This document shows, piece after piece, positions 48,691 to 60,957 of a DNA stretch of 64,000 nt (positions are counted from its first letter, which is position 1; the number at the start of each line of letters is the position of its first letter). The notes beneath the pieces were generated by a model. It had not been told where the DNA came from and made no database searches. It worked only from the letters and a program-made list of their open reading frames with translations. Made by a program: the position numbers and the translations under genes. Source of the stretch: Chiloscyllium plagiosum (lineage: Eukaryota); assembly GCF_004010195.1 (NCBI RefSeq), contig NC_057718.1, forward strand, positions 98,779,794-98,843,793, in the 5' to 3' direction.

Positions 48691-49464
48691 ACTTATGCTT
48701 GGGTGAAGCTTAATTGCTGCTAATGGCTTCAGATTCTCACCCTTGATTGCCTTTGAACTGAAAGTTGATATAAAAATGATAGTGTACATGAGGAAGTGGT
48801 GGCATGTTATTAATCTGATCACACCCTGACATTAAAACGTCTTATTTAGAAAGTCGGGTGTTTGATTCTGTGACTCCAAACTCATCAGACGTTGACACTT
48901 CGAGTGACTGTCAGCCAGACAAGCAACAACCTCATTGATTTGGAGCCTTTGCATTTGAATCCTGCCCTCTCTGACATCTCGCTGCCTCTGGTTTAACTTA
49001 ACATTGTCAAAGGGCAGTCAGTTGTTGAAATAGAACTGTTCCTACAGTCCGACATTAACAAAGAAACCACTTGCCTATTTTCCTATTGCAAATAAGGAAT
49101 ATGTTAGCACTGTCAAATGTTTTGTAGCTAAAATTAGAAATCTCATGTACTGGGAAGAGTTTCCTGAACAGATTGTCTGGGTGTGGCAAGTGTCAGAATA
49201 TCAACTCACTCTGAGTGCATGCCTGTGAAGAAACCAGCCTGATTTTCCCTCAAGCAATTTAATTCGAGGGAAAGCAGGGGAAACAACAGAAGATTATCTA
49301 TTTTTCAGGGATGTTTTATCCATAATTTAAGTCACAATCATCAGTTACTCACTTGCCTAGTTAATGACGGTAACTACTGCCTGTGTCCCTTATCTCTTTA
49401 ACATTTTTAATATTCCGGCAGTCCCCAAATCTCGCCAGTTTCAGAAACTGTAACCCCGACATTT

Positions 49465-49860
49465 ACAATAACAATTTAAATTTAAGTAGCATCTTTAAGT
49501 TCATGACGCATCTCCAGGAGCTCCACAGGTGTGCTGTGAAGCAAATCATGATACTGAGCTACGAGGTGACAATAGGTCAGATGACCGAAAGCTGAATCAA
49601 AGGGGTGGACTTTAAGAGTGCTTTAAAAGAGGAAAGTGCGGTCAAGAATTAGAGATGTTAGGGAGGGAATTCTAGTGTTTGGAGCAGACACAACTGAAGA
49701 CATGGGGGCCAATGGCACCGTCTTTCTGATTTGGAATGCTCAAGAAGGCAGAGTGTTAGCAGTGCAGAGATCATGGAAGTTCCCAGACGTTACGGGGAGA
49801 TAGGGAGGGCTGAAGCAATGGAGGAATTAGAAAACAAAGGGGGAGAATGAAGAGTGGGAG
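49465..49860 (-). mobile_element. Old L2-like LINE 3' end
   Basis: Colinear with 25963-26330 (caataacaattt..cagatgaccgaaagct..agggagggaattc). Confidence 0.6.
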
Positions 49861-49971
49861 CAGTCTCAATCCTGCTGCCTTTTTGAACCGATGTTAAAAA
49901 AACAGTTATCTTAGGTCCAACACCTCCATTTAGGAAACCTTTTAACTTGGTACCGCACAATAGAAGGTTAA

Positions 49972-50890
49972 CATAGAAGAATAGAAAATTGGAACAGGAG
50001 GAGGTCATTTGACCCTTGAAGCCGACTCCACCATTCATAGATAGTCCAACTCAGTATCTTGTTTCTGCTTTCTCCGCATAACATTCGGTCCCTAAGGTCT
50101 ACATCTAACTCCTTCTTGAAAACATTCAATGTTTTTGTCTTACTACTTTCTGTGCAGAAAATTCTGTAGGCTGACTATTCTCTGGGTGAAGAAATGTCTC
50201 CTCGTCTTAGTCCTAAATAATTCTGGACATGTCAGTCATAGGCAACATCTTTCTTGCATTTATCTTAATCCTTTTATAATTTTATATGTTTTAATGAGAT
50301 CCACCTCATTCTTCTAAATGTCAATGAATATAACCCTAACTGGATCCAGTCTCTTTTCACACATCAGTCCTGCCAAGAATCAATCTTATAAAACTTTGTT
50401 GTACTCCCTCCAGAGCCAGAACATTCCTCCTCAGGTAAGGAGACCAAAATTGCATGTAGTGTTCTAGTTGTGGTCTCACCAAGGCCCTGTACAATTGCAG
50501 CAAGACATCTCTACTTCTGTACTCAAATCTTCTTGCTATGAAGGCCAATATACCATTTGTTTTTTTTTCACTATTGGTTGCAGCTGCATGTGTACTTTCA
50601 GTGGCTGCTGTATGGGTCTCATACATCCAGGTCTCATTACACCTCCCCGTTTCCCAATCTGTCACCATTCAGGTTATAATCTGCCTTCCTCTTTTTGCTA
50701 CCAAAGTGGATAACCTCTCATTTATCCACAGTATGCTTCATTTGTCATGCACTTGCCCACACGGTCAGCTTGGCCACATCACACTGAAGCATCTCTGCAT
50801 CCTCCTCACAGTTCATCCTCCCACCCAGCTCTGTGTCATCTGTAACTTTAGATTTACTTCCCTTATCAACATCATGAATATACATTGTAA
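49972..50890 (-). mobile_element. CR1 LINE fragment
   Basis: ORF NGILAFIARRFEYRSRDVLLQLYRALVRPQLEHYMQFWSPYLRRNVLALEGVQ. Confidence 0.9.
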
Positions 50891-51012
50891 ATATGGGACC
50901 TTCTAAACTGGAGGATGCAGGAATTTCAAATTTAAGAGAATGATACCATATGTCTTACTACAAGAACCCTATGCATAATATTGTGCAAGCCGGGTACAGA
51001 ACATGCAGGATT

Positions 51013-51270
51013 AAACAAGAACCAACAGCGCTGGAGAAACTCAGCAAGTCTGGCGGCATCTGGAAACAATTTTGAGTGAGGGAAACAGTGCTAATGTTTT
51101 GAATCCAATGTGACTTGCCTTTAGAACTGAAGAGGAAGTTGGGAAAGTGTATACTTCACACTGTGGTACAAGGTGGGGAGGAGCAGTGGAAAGATGGGAA
51201 GGTCAAGGGAAAGTTAGAGGGCAAGGGAGATTAGTGATTACAGGTGTCACAGGACAAAACACAAAGGGCA
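51013..51270 (-). mobile_element. Old Penelope-like pLTR and 3' UTR fragment
   Basis: gctggagaaactcagcaagtctggcggcatctg arm followed by purine-rich sequence, mirroring 56880-57120. Confidence 0.55.
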
Positions 51271-51366
51271 TGCTAATAAGATGATAAGAAATAGGAACTA
51301 GGCCACTTGACCCCTCAAGCCTGCTCTGCCATACAATAGGATCACGGACAAAAAAAAACTGCAGAT

Positions 51367-52952
51367 AGAGTCATAGAATCATAGAGATGTACAACACGGA
51401 AACAGACACTTCAGTCCAACCCGTCCATGCCGATCAAATATCCCAACCCAATCTAGTCCCACCTGCCAGCACTTGGCCCATATCCCTCCAAACCCTTCCT
51501 ATTCACATACCCATCCAGATACCTTTTAACTGTCACAATTGTACCAGCCTCCACCAATTCCTCTGGCAGCTCACTCTATACATGCACCACCATCTGCGTG
51601 AAAAAATTGCCCCTTAGGTCCTTTTATATCTTTTCCCACTCTTCCTAAACCTATGCCCTCTAGTTCTGGACTCTCCCGTCCCAGGGAAAAGACTTTGTCT
51701 ATTTATCCTATCCATGCCCCTCATGATTTTATAAACCTTTATGAGGTCACCCCTCTGCCTTCGATGCTCCAGGGAAAACAGCCCCAGCGTATTCAGCCTC
51801 TCCCTTTAGCTCAAACCCTCCAACCCTGGCAACATCCTTGTAAACCTTTTCTGAACCCTTTCAAGTTTCACAACATCTTTCCGATAGGAAGGAGACCAGA
51901 ATTGCACGCAATATTCTAAAAGTGGCCTAACCAACACCCTGTACAGCCAGAACATGACCTCTCAACCCCTATACTCAATACTCTGACCAATGAAGGAAAG
52001 CATACCAAATGCCTTCTTCACCATCCTATCTACCTGTGACTCTACTTTCAAGGAGCTATGAACCTGCACTCTGAGTCGCTTTGTTCAGTAACACTCCCTA
52101 GGAACTTACCATTAAGTATATAGATTTGCTTTCCCAAAATGTAGCACCTCGGATTTATCTAAATTAAACTCCATCTGCGGCTTCTCAGCCCATTGACCCA
52201 TCTGATCAAGAACCTGTTGTAATCTGAGGTAACTTTCTTTGTTGTCCACTACACTTCTAATTTTGGTGTCATCTGCAAACTTACCAACTATACCTTCTAT
52301 GTTCGTATCCAAATCATTTATATAAATGACGAAAAGCAGTGGACCCAGCACCGATCCTTGTGGCACTCCAGTGGTCACAGGCCTCCAATCTGACAAAACA
52401 ACCCTCCACCACCACCCTCTGTCTTCTACCTTAGAGCCAATTCTGTATTCAAAAGGCTAGTTCTCCCTGTATTCTATCCTTGCTAACCAGTCTCCCATGA
52501 GGAACCTTGTCCAGTGCCTTACTGAAGTCCATATAGATCACATCCACCACTCTGCTCTCACCAATCCTCTTTGTTACTTTTTCAAAAAACTCGTTCAAAT
52601 TCATGACTCATGATTTCCCACGCGCAAAGCCATGTTCACTATCCCTAATCAGTCCTTGCCTTTCCAAATCCGTGTAAATCCTGTCCCTCAGGAGTCTTTC
52701 CAACAACATGCCCACCCCCGATGTCACGCTCATCAATCTATAGTCCCCTGGCTTGTCTTTACCACATTTCTTAAATAATGGTACCATGTTAGCCAACCTC
52801 CAATCTTGTGGCACCTCACCTGTGATTATCGATGATACTAAGGGCCCAGCTTCCCTAGCTTTCCACAGAGTTCTAGGGTACACCTGATCAGGTCCTGGGG
52901 ATTTATCCACCTTTATGCGTTTCAAGACATCCAGCACTTCCTCCTCTGTAAT
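51367..52952 (-). mobile_element. HER1-like CR1 LINE, about 1.6 kb with RT domain
   Basis: Motifs KSPGPDQVYPR, PQDWRLANMVPLFKK, GVPQGSVLGPLLFVIYINDLD..KFADDTK; (ctatgact)n tail; stops and frameshifts. Confidence 0.96.
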
Positions 52953-52954
52953 AA

Positions 52955-53130
52955 GCTGGAATCCAAGGTAGATCAGCAGGAGGCTGGAAGAACACAGCAA
53001 GTCAGGCAGCAACAGGAGGTGGAGAAGTGAACATTTCATGACATGAAGAAGGGTTACACTCGAAACATTGACTTCTCCACCTCCTGATGCTGCCTGGCTT
53101 GCTGAGTTCTCCCAGTCTCTTGCTGGTCTA
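52955..53130. mobile_element. Penelope-like palindromic element; rest of its tail at 51348-51366
   Basis: Arms ggtagatcagcaggaggctgg..ggagaagt / acttctcc..cttgctggtctacc; core tgaaga-agggttacactc-gaaac. Confidence 0.85.
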
Positions 53131-53944
53131 CCATACAATAGGATCATGGCTGATCTCTCATTCTCACATCCACTTTCCTGCATTTTCCCCATAACCTTTG
53201 ATTCCCCGACTGATTAAGAATCAATCTCCCTCAACCTTAAATATACACAAGGACTCTGCCCCAACAGCTACTGTGTCAAGGAGTTCCAAAGACTCTCAAC
53301 TCGCTGAGAGAAGAAATTCAACCTCATCTCAGTCTGAAATTGGTGCCCCTTTATTATGAGACTATGCCCTCTTGTTCTAGACTCTCCCATGAGGGGAACC
53401 ATCCTCTCAGCATTGACCTTGTCAAGCCCCTTGAGAATCTGATATGTCTCAATGAAATCACCTCCCATTCCTCTAAACTCCAAGGAGTACAGTCCCAATT
53501 TGTTTAACCTTTGCTCAAAAGATATTTCCTCCGTACCAGGGATTAACTTAGTAAACCTTCTCTGAACTGCCTTCCACAAAATAATATATTTCTTGAAATA
53601 AGAGGATCCTACTGCTCAAATATACCAGATGCAGTCTCACAATACCTTGTACAGTTGCCATAAGACGTCACTACTCTTATATGCCAATCTGCATGAAATA
53701 AGGGCCAACATTCCATTCGCCTTCCTGATTACGTGCTTCACCTGTATGCTAGTATTCTGTGTTTTGTGCATAAGTAATGGTTATTGAGAAGTGTGAGAGT
53801 CCAGAGTAGTTTTCGCAGGATCCTGGAATTTCTGCACCATAGCTTACGCTGCATTTCCACATGATGTTAGGATCACTGAGACAATTTTAACATTGAGCCT
53901 TTCAATAAGGGACAATCTGATAAATAAACTGAAGGACTCTTCAT

Positions 53945-54051
53945 GATACAGGGTACAGTCCCTACCTTAGAAGCAGGAGGGCCCAGCTTCAAACCGCACT
54001 GGCTCCAGAGGCTTGTAATAATATTTCTGACCAGGTCGATTGGAAAGTATC
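53945..54051 (+). mobile_element. Short SINE (family D)
   Basis: gtccctacct..ggcccagcttcaa..gctccagaggcttgtaataatatttctga..gattggaaagtatc. Confidence 0.65.
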
Positions 54052-55809
54052 TGGGAATAATATGGTAGACGTGTTAATGACTTTGTGACATTGAATTACT
54101 GCATGAACTAACTTCCAGGTAAGAAGTAAGGCAAAACCCATTGTTAGAGATTGAAGTTCTTTCTCAATTTGCTTCGAAGGCTTTAGAATCTAGAATATCC
54201 TTTGAGCGAAAATATTCTGTATTCATAAACTTTATGCAAAATAGATTATAAAATATTATGATTTGAGAATTGCAGAAGGTGCCATAAAATTCAGCTTGTC
54301 CCCATACAGCAAGTTCTAATTCTTGGGTGCCCCTCAATACAATTGTAATATTTTTAATATTTACGTTATACTTTGCATATCAGGAATGTAGCCTGAGGGC
54401 AAAACATTTTAAATTGACAATTACAGCAAGTGCAATATAAAATAAGCATTTCTCCACACACCGTGTTCCACCCTCAGGTAGTTCAATACAATTTCAATAC
54501 TCTTGATGGTTGATTCAGTATCTTTTTCGAAGTTGAGGGATAGGCGATGACTATTTGTTCACCAGCATGTTCCTTTAAAGAAATTGATGAAGAGCCACAC
54601 AATTGCTTGCAGGGTGTGAACCGCCTCCACAGATTCTCAGGAGCCTCATCTGTTTGTATGCTAACAGGCCAGCTGTCACTTGGAAAATCAACATTTCTGT
54701 CACTTCACGGTGATTTTACACTAAACTTGCATTTCAATTGGTTACGGCAGTGCAAGGAAAGGGGTCAGGGTAACCATCTACATGTGAGGTGCTCAGAGTC
54801 ACTAGGTGGGCTAGGTTGAGGGACAGTGAGGGGAATGGATTTGTCTTCAGGAAATTAGTGTCACTAAAAGTGAGCTTGATAGGGTTTGCACCCTGGGCCC
54901 ACTTTAAATTTGCTTTGGACAAAGGTAAAGGTAAAAATGGGAGGCACCTGCACTCTCTGGGTGGGCTAGAACCTGTCAAGGGAACTGTTGAAAGGGACCT
55001 GGTCATGTGAGTTGACTCCGAGGCTCATCGTGTTTAATCAGCTTGTGGTGACAGTAAAGATAGCAAACAGAATACAGGATTATATTTGTAAACCAGCTGG
55101 ATTCAAATGAAAGAGCGATGAGGAGTGAATTGTTAAGCCATTGTTTCAGGTTTGCTTTCCATATCCTACTCAGTGTTTTATGTACCTTCTAAAGGGTGCC
55201 CTCTGCATTGTTTCCCTTTGAAGATATATCAGAGAGGACCCCTTATTAGACAAAAGCCTGAATGGGAAGTAGGAAGGAAATCTGATCCAATAATTGGAGC
55301 TTGTACCAGGCAGCTTGACAAGAGGTTGTGGGTTCAGAAGGTAACATTTAGGGTAGATATCATGTGCTTTGGAGAGAGAGAATGGTAAATAGCTACAATA
55401 GGTTTCCATCGGGAGAGAGGATGATTCTAGGACAGTGCCTTCATTTACGGAAAGCAGCTGGAGGGAGATGTGGGCGTAAGTAGTCATGATGAGATCAGCT
55501 AGCTTTTTGAGCTGTCTTCATCTTAGGTCTGCCTTGTGATCTTTTAAAGGATGTGAATGGTCTCAATGAGAATGTGTCAGATATTTTGAGACAGCTGTGT
55601 GTGTGATTTTTTTTTACAGCACAGGATAAATATATTCCTTCAAAAATGAGTTAATTACGTCGTTGTTCACCTTATTCCCTAGACTGGGGACACTGTACTG
55701 AATAGTTTACACCCCTGAATCCTGAATGAAATGAGGCACTTTTTTTTGTAAAGTACTAGTTAATGCTTTTAGAGGCCATAAATAAATAAAATGAATAAAA
55801 TAAATTTGT

Positions 55810-56028
55810 CACAGGAAGCATTTGAGGCCAAAACATTGAATGCTTTTTAGAAGGAATTAAATATAGTTCTTAGATCTGAAGGAATGCCACAATGCCACAA
55901 TGGACAAAGGGCATAGGGAGAAAGCAGGAATTGGGTACTGTACTGAGTAGGGCGATCAGTCATGCTCACAGTGAATGGCAGAGCAGGCTGGAAGGGCTGA
56001 ATGGCCTACGCTGGTTTCTGTTTTCTAT
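55810..56028 (+). mobile_element. CR1 3' tail
   Basis: gaggccaaaacattgaatg..gggagaaagcaggaa..gaagggctgaatggcctac. Confidence 0.7.
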
Positions 56029-56609
56029 TAGAGGAATATCAAACCCTGCAGGCTATCAAATGTTACCTGAAATATTCCATGATGTGGGTGTTGCTGGCTA
56101 GATTGAAGTTTATTCCCCAACCATAGCTCCTCCGCATTTGTATCTTAAACTTGCAACATCTTACTCTGAGATTAGGTCCTGGACTCTCCCTAAAGGAGAA
56201 ATGGCATTTCCACGTCTACCCCAATGAGTCCTCTGAGAATCTTGCATGGTTCAACAAGGTCATCTCTCATACTAGCTTTCTTATTGAAGGCATTGTGTCC
56301 ATGTGGTCAATGTGCTTCCACAGGGCTGTTAGGTAGGGAGTTGTAGGAGGCCAATCCAGCAAGGTAAAGGCTAAGTCTGGCTAATGTAAAGCTGGGAGGG
56401 GAATATGGAAGTGATAGCATTACCATGAGCCTTCCACTGTTGTCATTCTCGGTGGTGAGGTCTCAGGTTCAGGAGTTGCTTTTGAAGGTAGAAAAGTAAA
56501 TCTGATATGTATTTTACTTAATTGTTATTGAACACTTAGTCAGCAATAGAAGTTGGACTTACCATAGGCTCAAAAATCCTCATGATAGAGTGACTGAGTC
56601 ATTTCAGGC

Positions 56610-57125
56610 CTAAAATCAAAACAGAAAGTGAAATAACTCCACAGAAGCTGGTTTACCAACACCAAGTCACTCTTTATTTTTACTTGGAGAATCCTTGATC
56701 CAGCTCCGTCAAAAGCCAGCTCTCAGAGTGAACAGAACCTCTAACACTCTTGTTTATATATGTCAGCCAGGGCTCCCTGATTGGACCAGATTAACAGCCC
56801 CAGTCAGGGAACCTATATTCTACGAAGTCCACCTGGCTGACCTTGTTACAATTACTACAGAAAATGCTTGAGAAACCATTATCAGTGTCTCTTTTGTTAG
56901 TTCTGGTCACCCTCATAGTCTGTTCCACTCGCTCCTCTTCCTTCTCTCAACAGCATAATAACCCCCAATTTCCAGCTACTTTCACTCTGAAGAGGTGTCA
57001 TGCTAGACTCGAAATATTAACTCTGTTTCTCTCTCCACAGATGCTGCCAGACCCTGTTGAGTTTCTCCAGCACTTTATATGTTTATTTCAGAATTCCACC
57101 ATCCACAGTAGTTTGCTTTTATTGA
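56610..57125. mobile_element. Penelope-like element with inverted arm and pLTR, split by the solo LTR
   Basis: ctgaaga-ggtgtcatgctagactc-gaaatattaactctgtttctctctccacagatgctgccagacc. Confidence 0.7.
56629..56859 (-). mobile_element. Solo LTR, 231 bp
   Basis: TG...CA termini (tgtagt..atttca on -), TATA-like tatataaa and AATAAA on -, flanks gaaag / gaaaa; interrupts the arm aaaacagaaaatgct. Confidence 0.7.
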
Positions 57126-57211
57126 AGTCTTCATAAAGGGCCTGGTCTATATAATTTATCTAAATTAACTTTCTGAGTGGTACAGATTTCACAACTGGCA
57201 GATCTCTGGAC

Positions 57212-57450
57212 CAAACAAAAACAGAAATTGCTGCAGAAACTCAGCAGGTCTGGAAACATCCATGGAGAGAAAATAGAGTTACAATTCAAGTCAATTGACC
57301 ATTCTTTAGTTCTGAATAAGTGTCATACCAGACTTGAAATGTTAACTCTGTTTCTCACTCTACAGGTGCCACCAGACTTGTTGAGTTTCTACAGCAATTT
57401 CTAATTTTGTTTGTTTCAGATCTCCAGCATTCCCAGTTCGTTGTTTTATT
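57212..57450. mobile_element. Penelope-like palindromic element (17010 family)
   Basis: Arms aaacaaaaacagaaattgctgcagaaactcagcagg / ttgagtttctacagcaatttctaattttgttt with tail tcagatctccagcat. Confidence 0.85.
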
Positions 57451-57876
57451 ATGGCAGTGCCCTGGGCTAGCAGTGGACAAATCAGATATGGTCTAGGTTA
57501 CTTATTACCATTCAGTGGCTTCTGCTAGAGGTGGAGAGATGGATGTGTTGTGTGTTTGAGTGCAAAGAGATTATCAGACTGTGATATCTTTCATGGTTCA
57601 ATCAACTGCCAACATACACTTGGCTTTCACATGAACAACAACATCTTTGGGCAAGATGTTGGCAAATGATCAAAGTATCACCACAGAAGTAGGCTTTGTC
57701 TTTAGCAGAGACTGAGAGGAAGGAGATTGAAAAGGCAGAAAATAGTTAACAAGGTACAAAAGATGGCAATAAATGAGAACTCTTTAGGTGGATTCTTCAG
57801 AGCTCTTCAAGAGTTTATTCTGTTTTTCATGAAAAATATGTAGGAGGTACTCGCTATGCAATAATATCAGATTAAC

Positions 57877-58626
57877 TGTGACAATGAGCTAAGTGATTTG
57901 AAGATGGGATTAAGCTAAATTAATTGAATTGAAAAGAGTTTTGAACAAATGTGATAAATTGTGACTGATGAATCTTTATATGTACATAAATCTATAATTA
58001 TTGAGATGATATTGTGGCTTTCAGAGATGCATTTTGTCCTTTTTTTTAATGAAGAAAGGTTGAGACAGAAATCCTGAGCATTCTGCTCCAAAGCTAATAA
58101 ACATTTTGTGAGGCCTTGGATATTTTTAAAAGTTGAAACAATAGACACAGCCTGAATGGGTGGGGTCAAGCTCCTGCAGAACCAGGATTTTTTTAGTTGT
58201 ACCTTTCTGTAGCAGTTGCTGGGGACTTGAAGCTGGATGTGGATACTTTTATTCCTCTCTCTGTTGCAGTTAAAAGCTGGTGTTCTCGTGCTGCTGCTAG
58301 AAACGCATGTGAGATGATCTATTTTACTGAATTTGCCTTTGTTAATGGTGTGTTCACGGGATGTTACTATACTAGAATAGATTATTATTAAAATATATAT
58401 TATTTTGTTAAGCATTTTGATAGAGTTACAATTAAGCCTCTTCTTTTAGCTTTATTTTGTCTGTATTTTAATTGCCGTATAAGTGAAGTGTGTTTTGTTT
58501 CAAGCCTGGTAGTTTGACCAATCGAATTGCATCTGGAACACAACGTCTTCCTTTAAAATTAGAACAAGTTAGCATCCTGATTATCTTCTTAATATATTTT
58601 GAGGGGGTTTGGTCTGGTCCATAACA
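57877..58626 (+). mobile_element. Probable solo LTR; 5' boundary uncertain
   Basis: Ends ggtctggtccataaca, candidate start tgtgaca, LTR-like composition; no TSD confirmed. Confidence 0.45.
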
Positions 58627-59637
58627 GAATGTATATTAAAATGATGTGAGTTATGTAGCATTAAAAGAGGCATTTGACAAAGGGAATAAAGGAAAACATC
58701 TGGGTGAAACTTAAATGTTGAATTATTGAAGGGGTGAATGGGATGCTTTTATGTATGAAGTTAAGCAAAATATCAGTGTTCATCTCATCTGTGAAAGTAC
58801 ATTTTTAGCCTTCTTTTACAATATTGGTATTTCATAAGTGATAATGATGCCTTCGTGAGAGGTCAGGGGACACTAGGACTATTCCAGCACTCAGGGCTTT
58901 AAGTACTATTAATGAAAACAGAAAATCAAACCTGTTTTCAAAGCAGAAAATCATATTGAGAAAGGACATTGGGACTTGCTAATTTAGGAGGGCTATTTTG
59001 GTGCAATGGTGTGAACAGACCAAAAAAAGGTGCTAATACGACATAGCTGCTTGAATTTCTGATTTTAGCATGCAATTTTGATCCTAATTGCTGATTACCA
59101 AAGTTGAACTCAGCAGGAGATACCAAGATAGGCACTTGCAGATTTAAGACATGTTCAAATTAACCTGCCCAGCATGGAGCAGGTGGGACTTTAACCCAGG
59201 ACCTCCTGACTCAGAGGCAGGGAGACTATCACAGGAGCCATCCACTTGCTGGTTTAACACTGAACTGGCTTTGGAATTGATATCACAATGAGATTGGTGA
59301 CAATCTTGTCAATTAGTGGAGTAGGCTTGAAGGGCTAAATGACCTGGTCCTAAGTTCAATGCCCTTGCCGTTAGTGTTAGCCAACAAAATAAGTGGCAAC
59401 CTCCTTCATGTACATTAACAAACAGTTAAAAAGGCAATCAATCCTCAACGATCTTCAGGTGACCAAATGCAATCTTCAACTATTTATTATGATATCATTT
59501 CTCATGAACCACCAAACTGCCTTTTCAGCATAAGACCAACCTGGGCTAACATGGAGGCTCTTTAATGACAAAGGTATCTGAGGAAAATTGCCCTCTAAGT
59601 TTTTAAATGATAGTCTTAAAATGTGCCGTTTGATTCT

Positions 59638-59800
59638 GTGCAGTCCAAAGGCATGCAGATTAGATGGATTGGCCATGCTAAATTGCCTGAAGTGTCCAGG
59701 CTTGTGCAAACTAGGTGAATTAAACGTGGGAAAATGCAAAGTCTGTGTGGACATGATGGGCCGAATGGCCTGCTTCCACTCTGTAGGGATTTTATGATTT
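59638..59800 (+). mobile_element. HE1-like SINE 3' half
   Basis: cagtccaaag..gattggccatgctaaattgcc..cttccactctgtagggatt. Confidence 0.75.
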
Positions 59801-60957
59801 CAATCTGTTCAGGAATATTTTCTTATAATGTTTTCTAGCAGTAAACATCAATGCTCCCAAATTCTATTTCGATGAAACATATTAAGCGATGGAAAATATT
59901 GTTCATTGCTCCATCAAGTCTGTCATCTGTGCCAAAAAGATGAGATGTATTAATAACATTTAGGTCTTCAATATTCAATTGCCATTAAGAAAAATAACTG
60001 TTCCAAATCCTGAAGGGTTCCTGTAGATTAAATAAAGAGAAGCAAGTGGTCTTAGAAAGGTCAATAGGCAGTAGTATTCTTTTTCAATGCCAGCATAGTT
60101 TTTAACACAACAACAGAAATTGAATTTTATAAATGTGTGTGCAAGCCTGATTTTGTTAAGTTTGCATGGGTGTACTTGTTTATTCCCCTGAGCAATCCTA
60201 TGGGAGAGGTAGCAATGCCCCTAGAGACATTCACAAGAGATTAGTTGGCGTTTTGAATCATCTGATGTGGAAGTGATGAAAAAATAATATTTTCACGGGA
60301 GCGCAGGAATTCAATGTAATCACAAAACGTATTTAAGGACATTTAAGGTGTCAGGAACTCATCACTGCAAACCACCATTGAAGCAAATTTGATCAGTTTT
60401 GAAGTGATGTAAGTAATTGCTCAAAACATTGCGGGATGTGGCGAGGGACAGATATTGGGGAAGACCACTTGTGTAAACTTAGTGAACAGAACGGGTTATT
60501 TCTGTGCCTTAATCTTCTGTCATTTCAGTTTGACTTTTAAACGCTGTCACAATCTGCTTCGAGTCAAGTGCTCCATTACAGCTTATTGACCATGAAGGAA
60601 TGGGAGATTATCTGGGGTCTGTATTGAGCAGGGTGTTCAGACTGGGAAGGCTTGACGGTGATACAATTTTGGAGCAGGAAACCGTCTAACTTGCCTGCAC
60701 TGGGCCAGAGATTTCCTTGTAGGCCGCACCGGAGCAGATGTAAATATAAACTGAAATGCTCCTGGAACGCCTTTGTGATTATTTCAGCTAGTGGTCATTT
60801 TAAAGTGTGCATAGTTCTGACTCTACCCTTGGATATCACAAATTCACATTCAGGATCCAACAACCAGTCTGCTCTTGCCCACATTTCTGCATTTAAAGAG
60901 CCAAATGCCAATTACAAATGGGTGCCCTTGTCAGTCAATAACTGCTTGACCCGATGT

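Larger units (their letters stand above)
51282..53775 (-). mobile_element. CR1 3' end (51282-51347 joined to 53131-53775) hosting nested inserts
   Basis: ORF VQRRFTKLIPG..NFFSQRVESLWNSL; its UTR is split with the duplicate ccatacaataggatcaYgg. Confidence 0.85.

Noticed and set aside
52608..53192. 194-aa ORF
   Set aside because: Chance read-through across three nested elements (CR1 UTR, hairpin, HER1 ORF2), not a gene.
55053..55100. ag|taaagatagc resembling the start of SNAP25 exon 4 (SKD)
   Set aside because: It continues SKDSKQNTGL rather than SKDAGIRTLVM, and there is no polypyrimidine tract.
57915..58415. 166-aa ORF on the - strand
   Set aside because: No recognisable domain, and it lies within a probable LTR.
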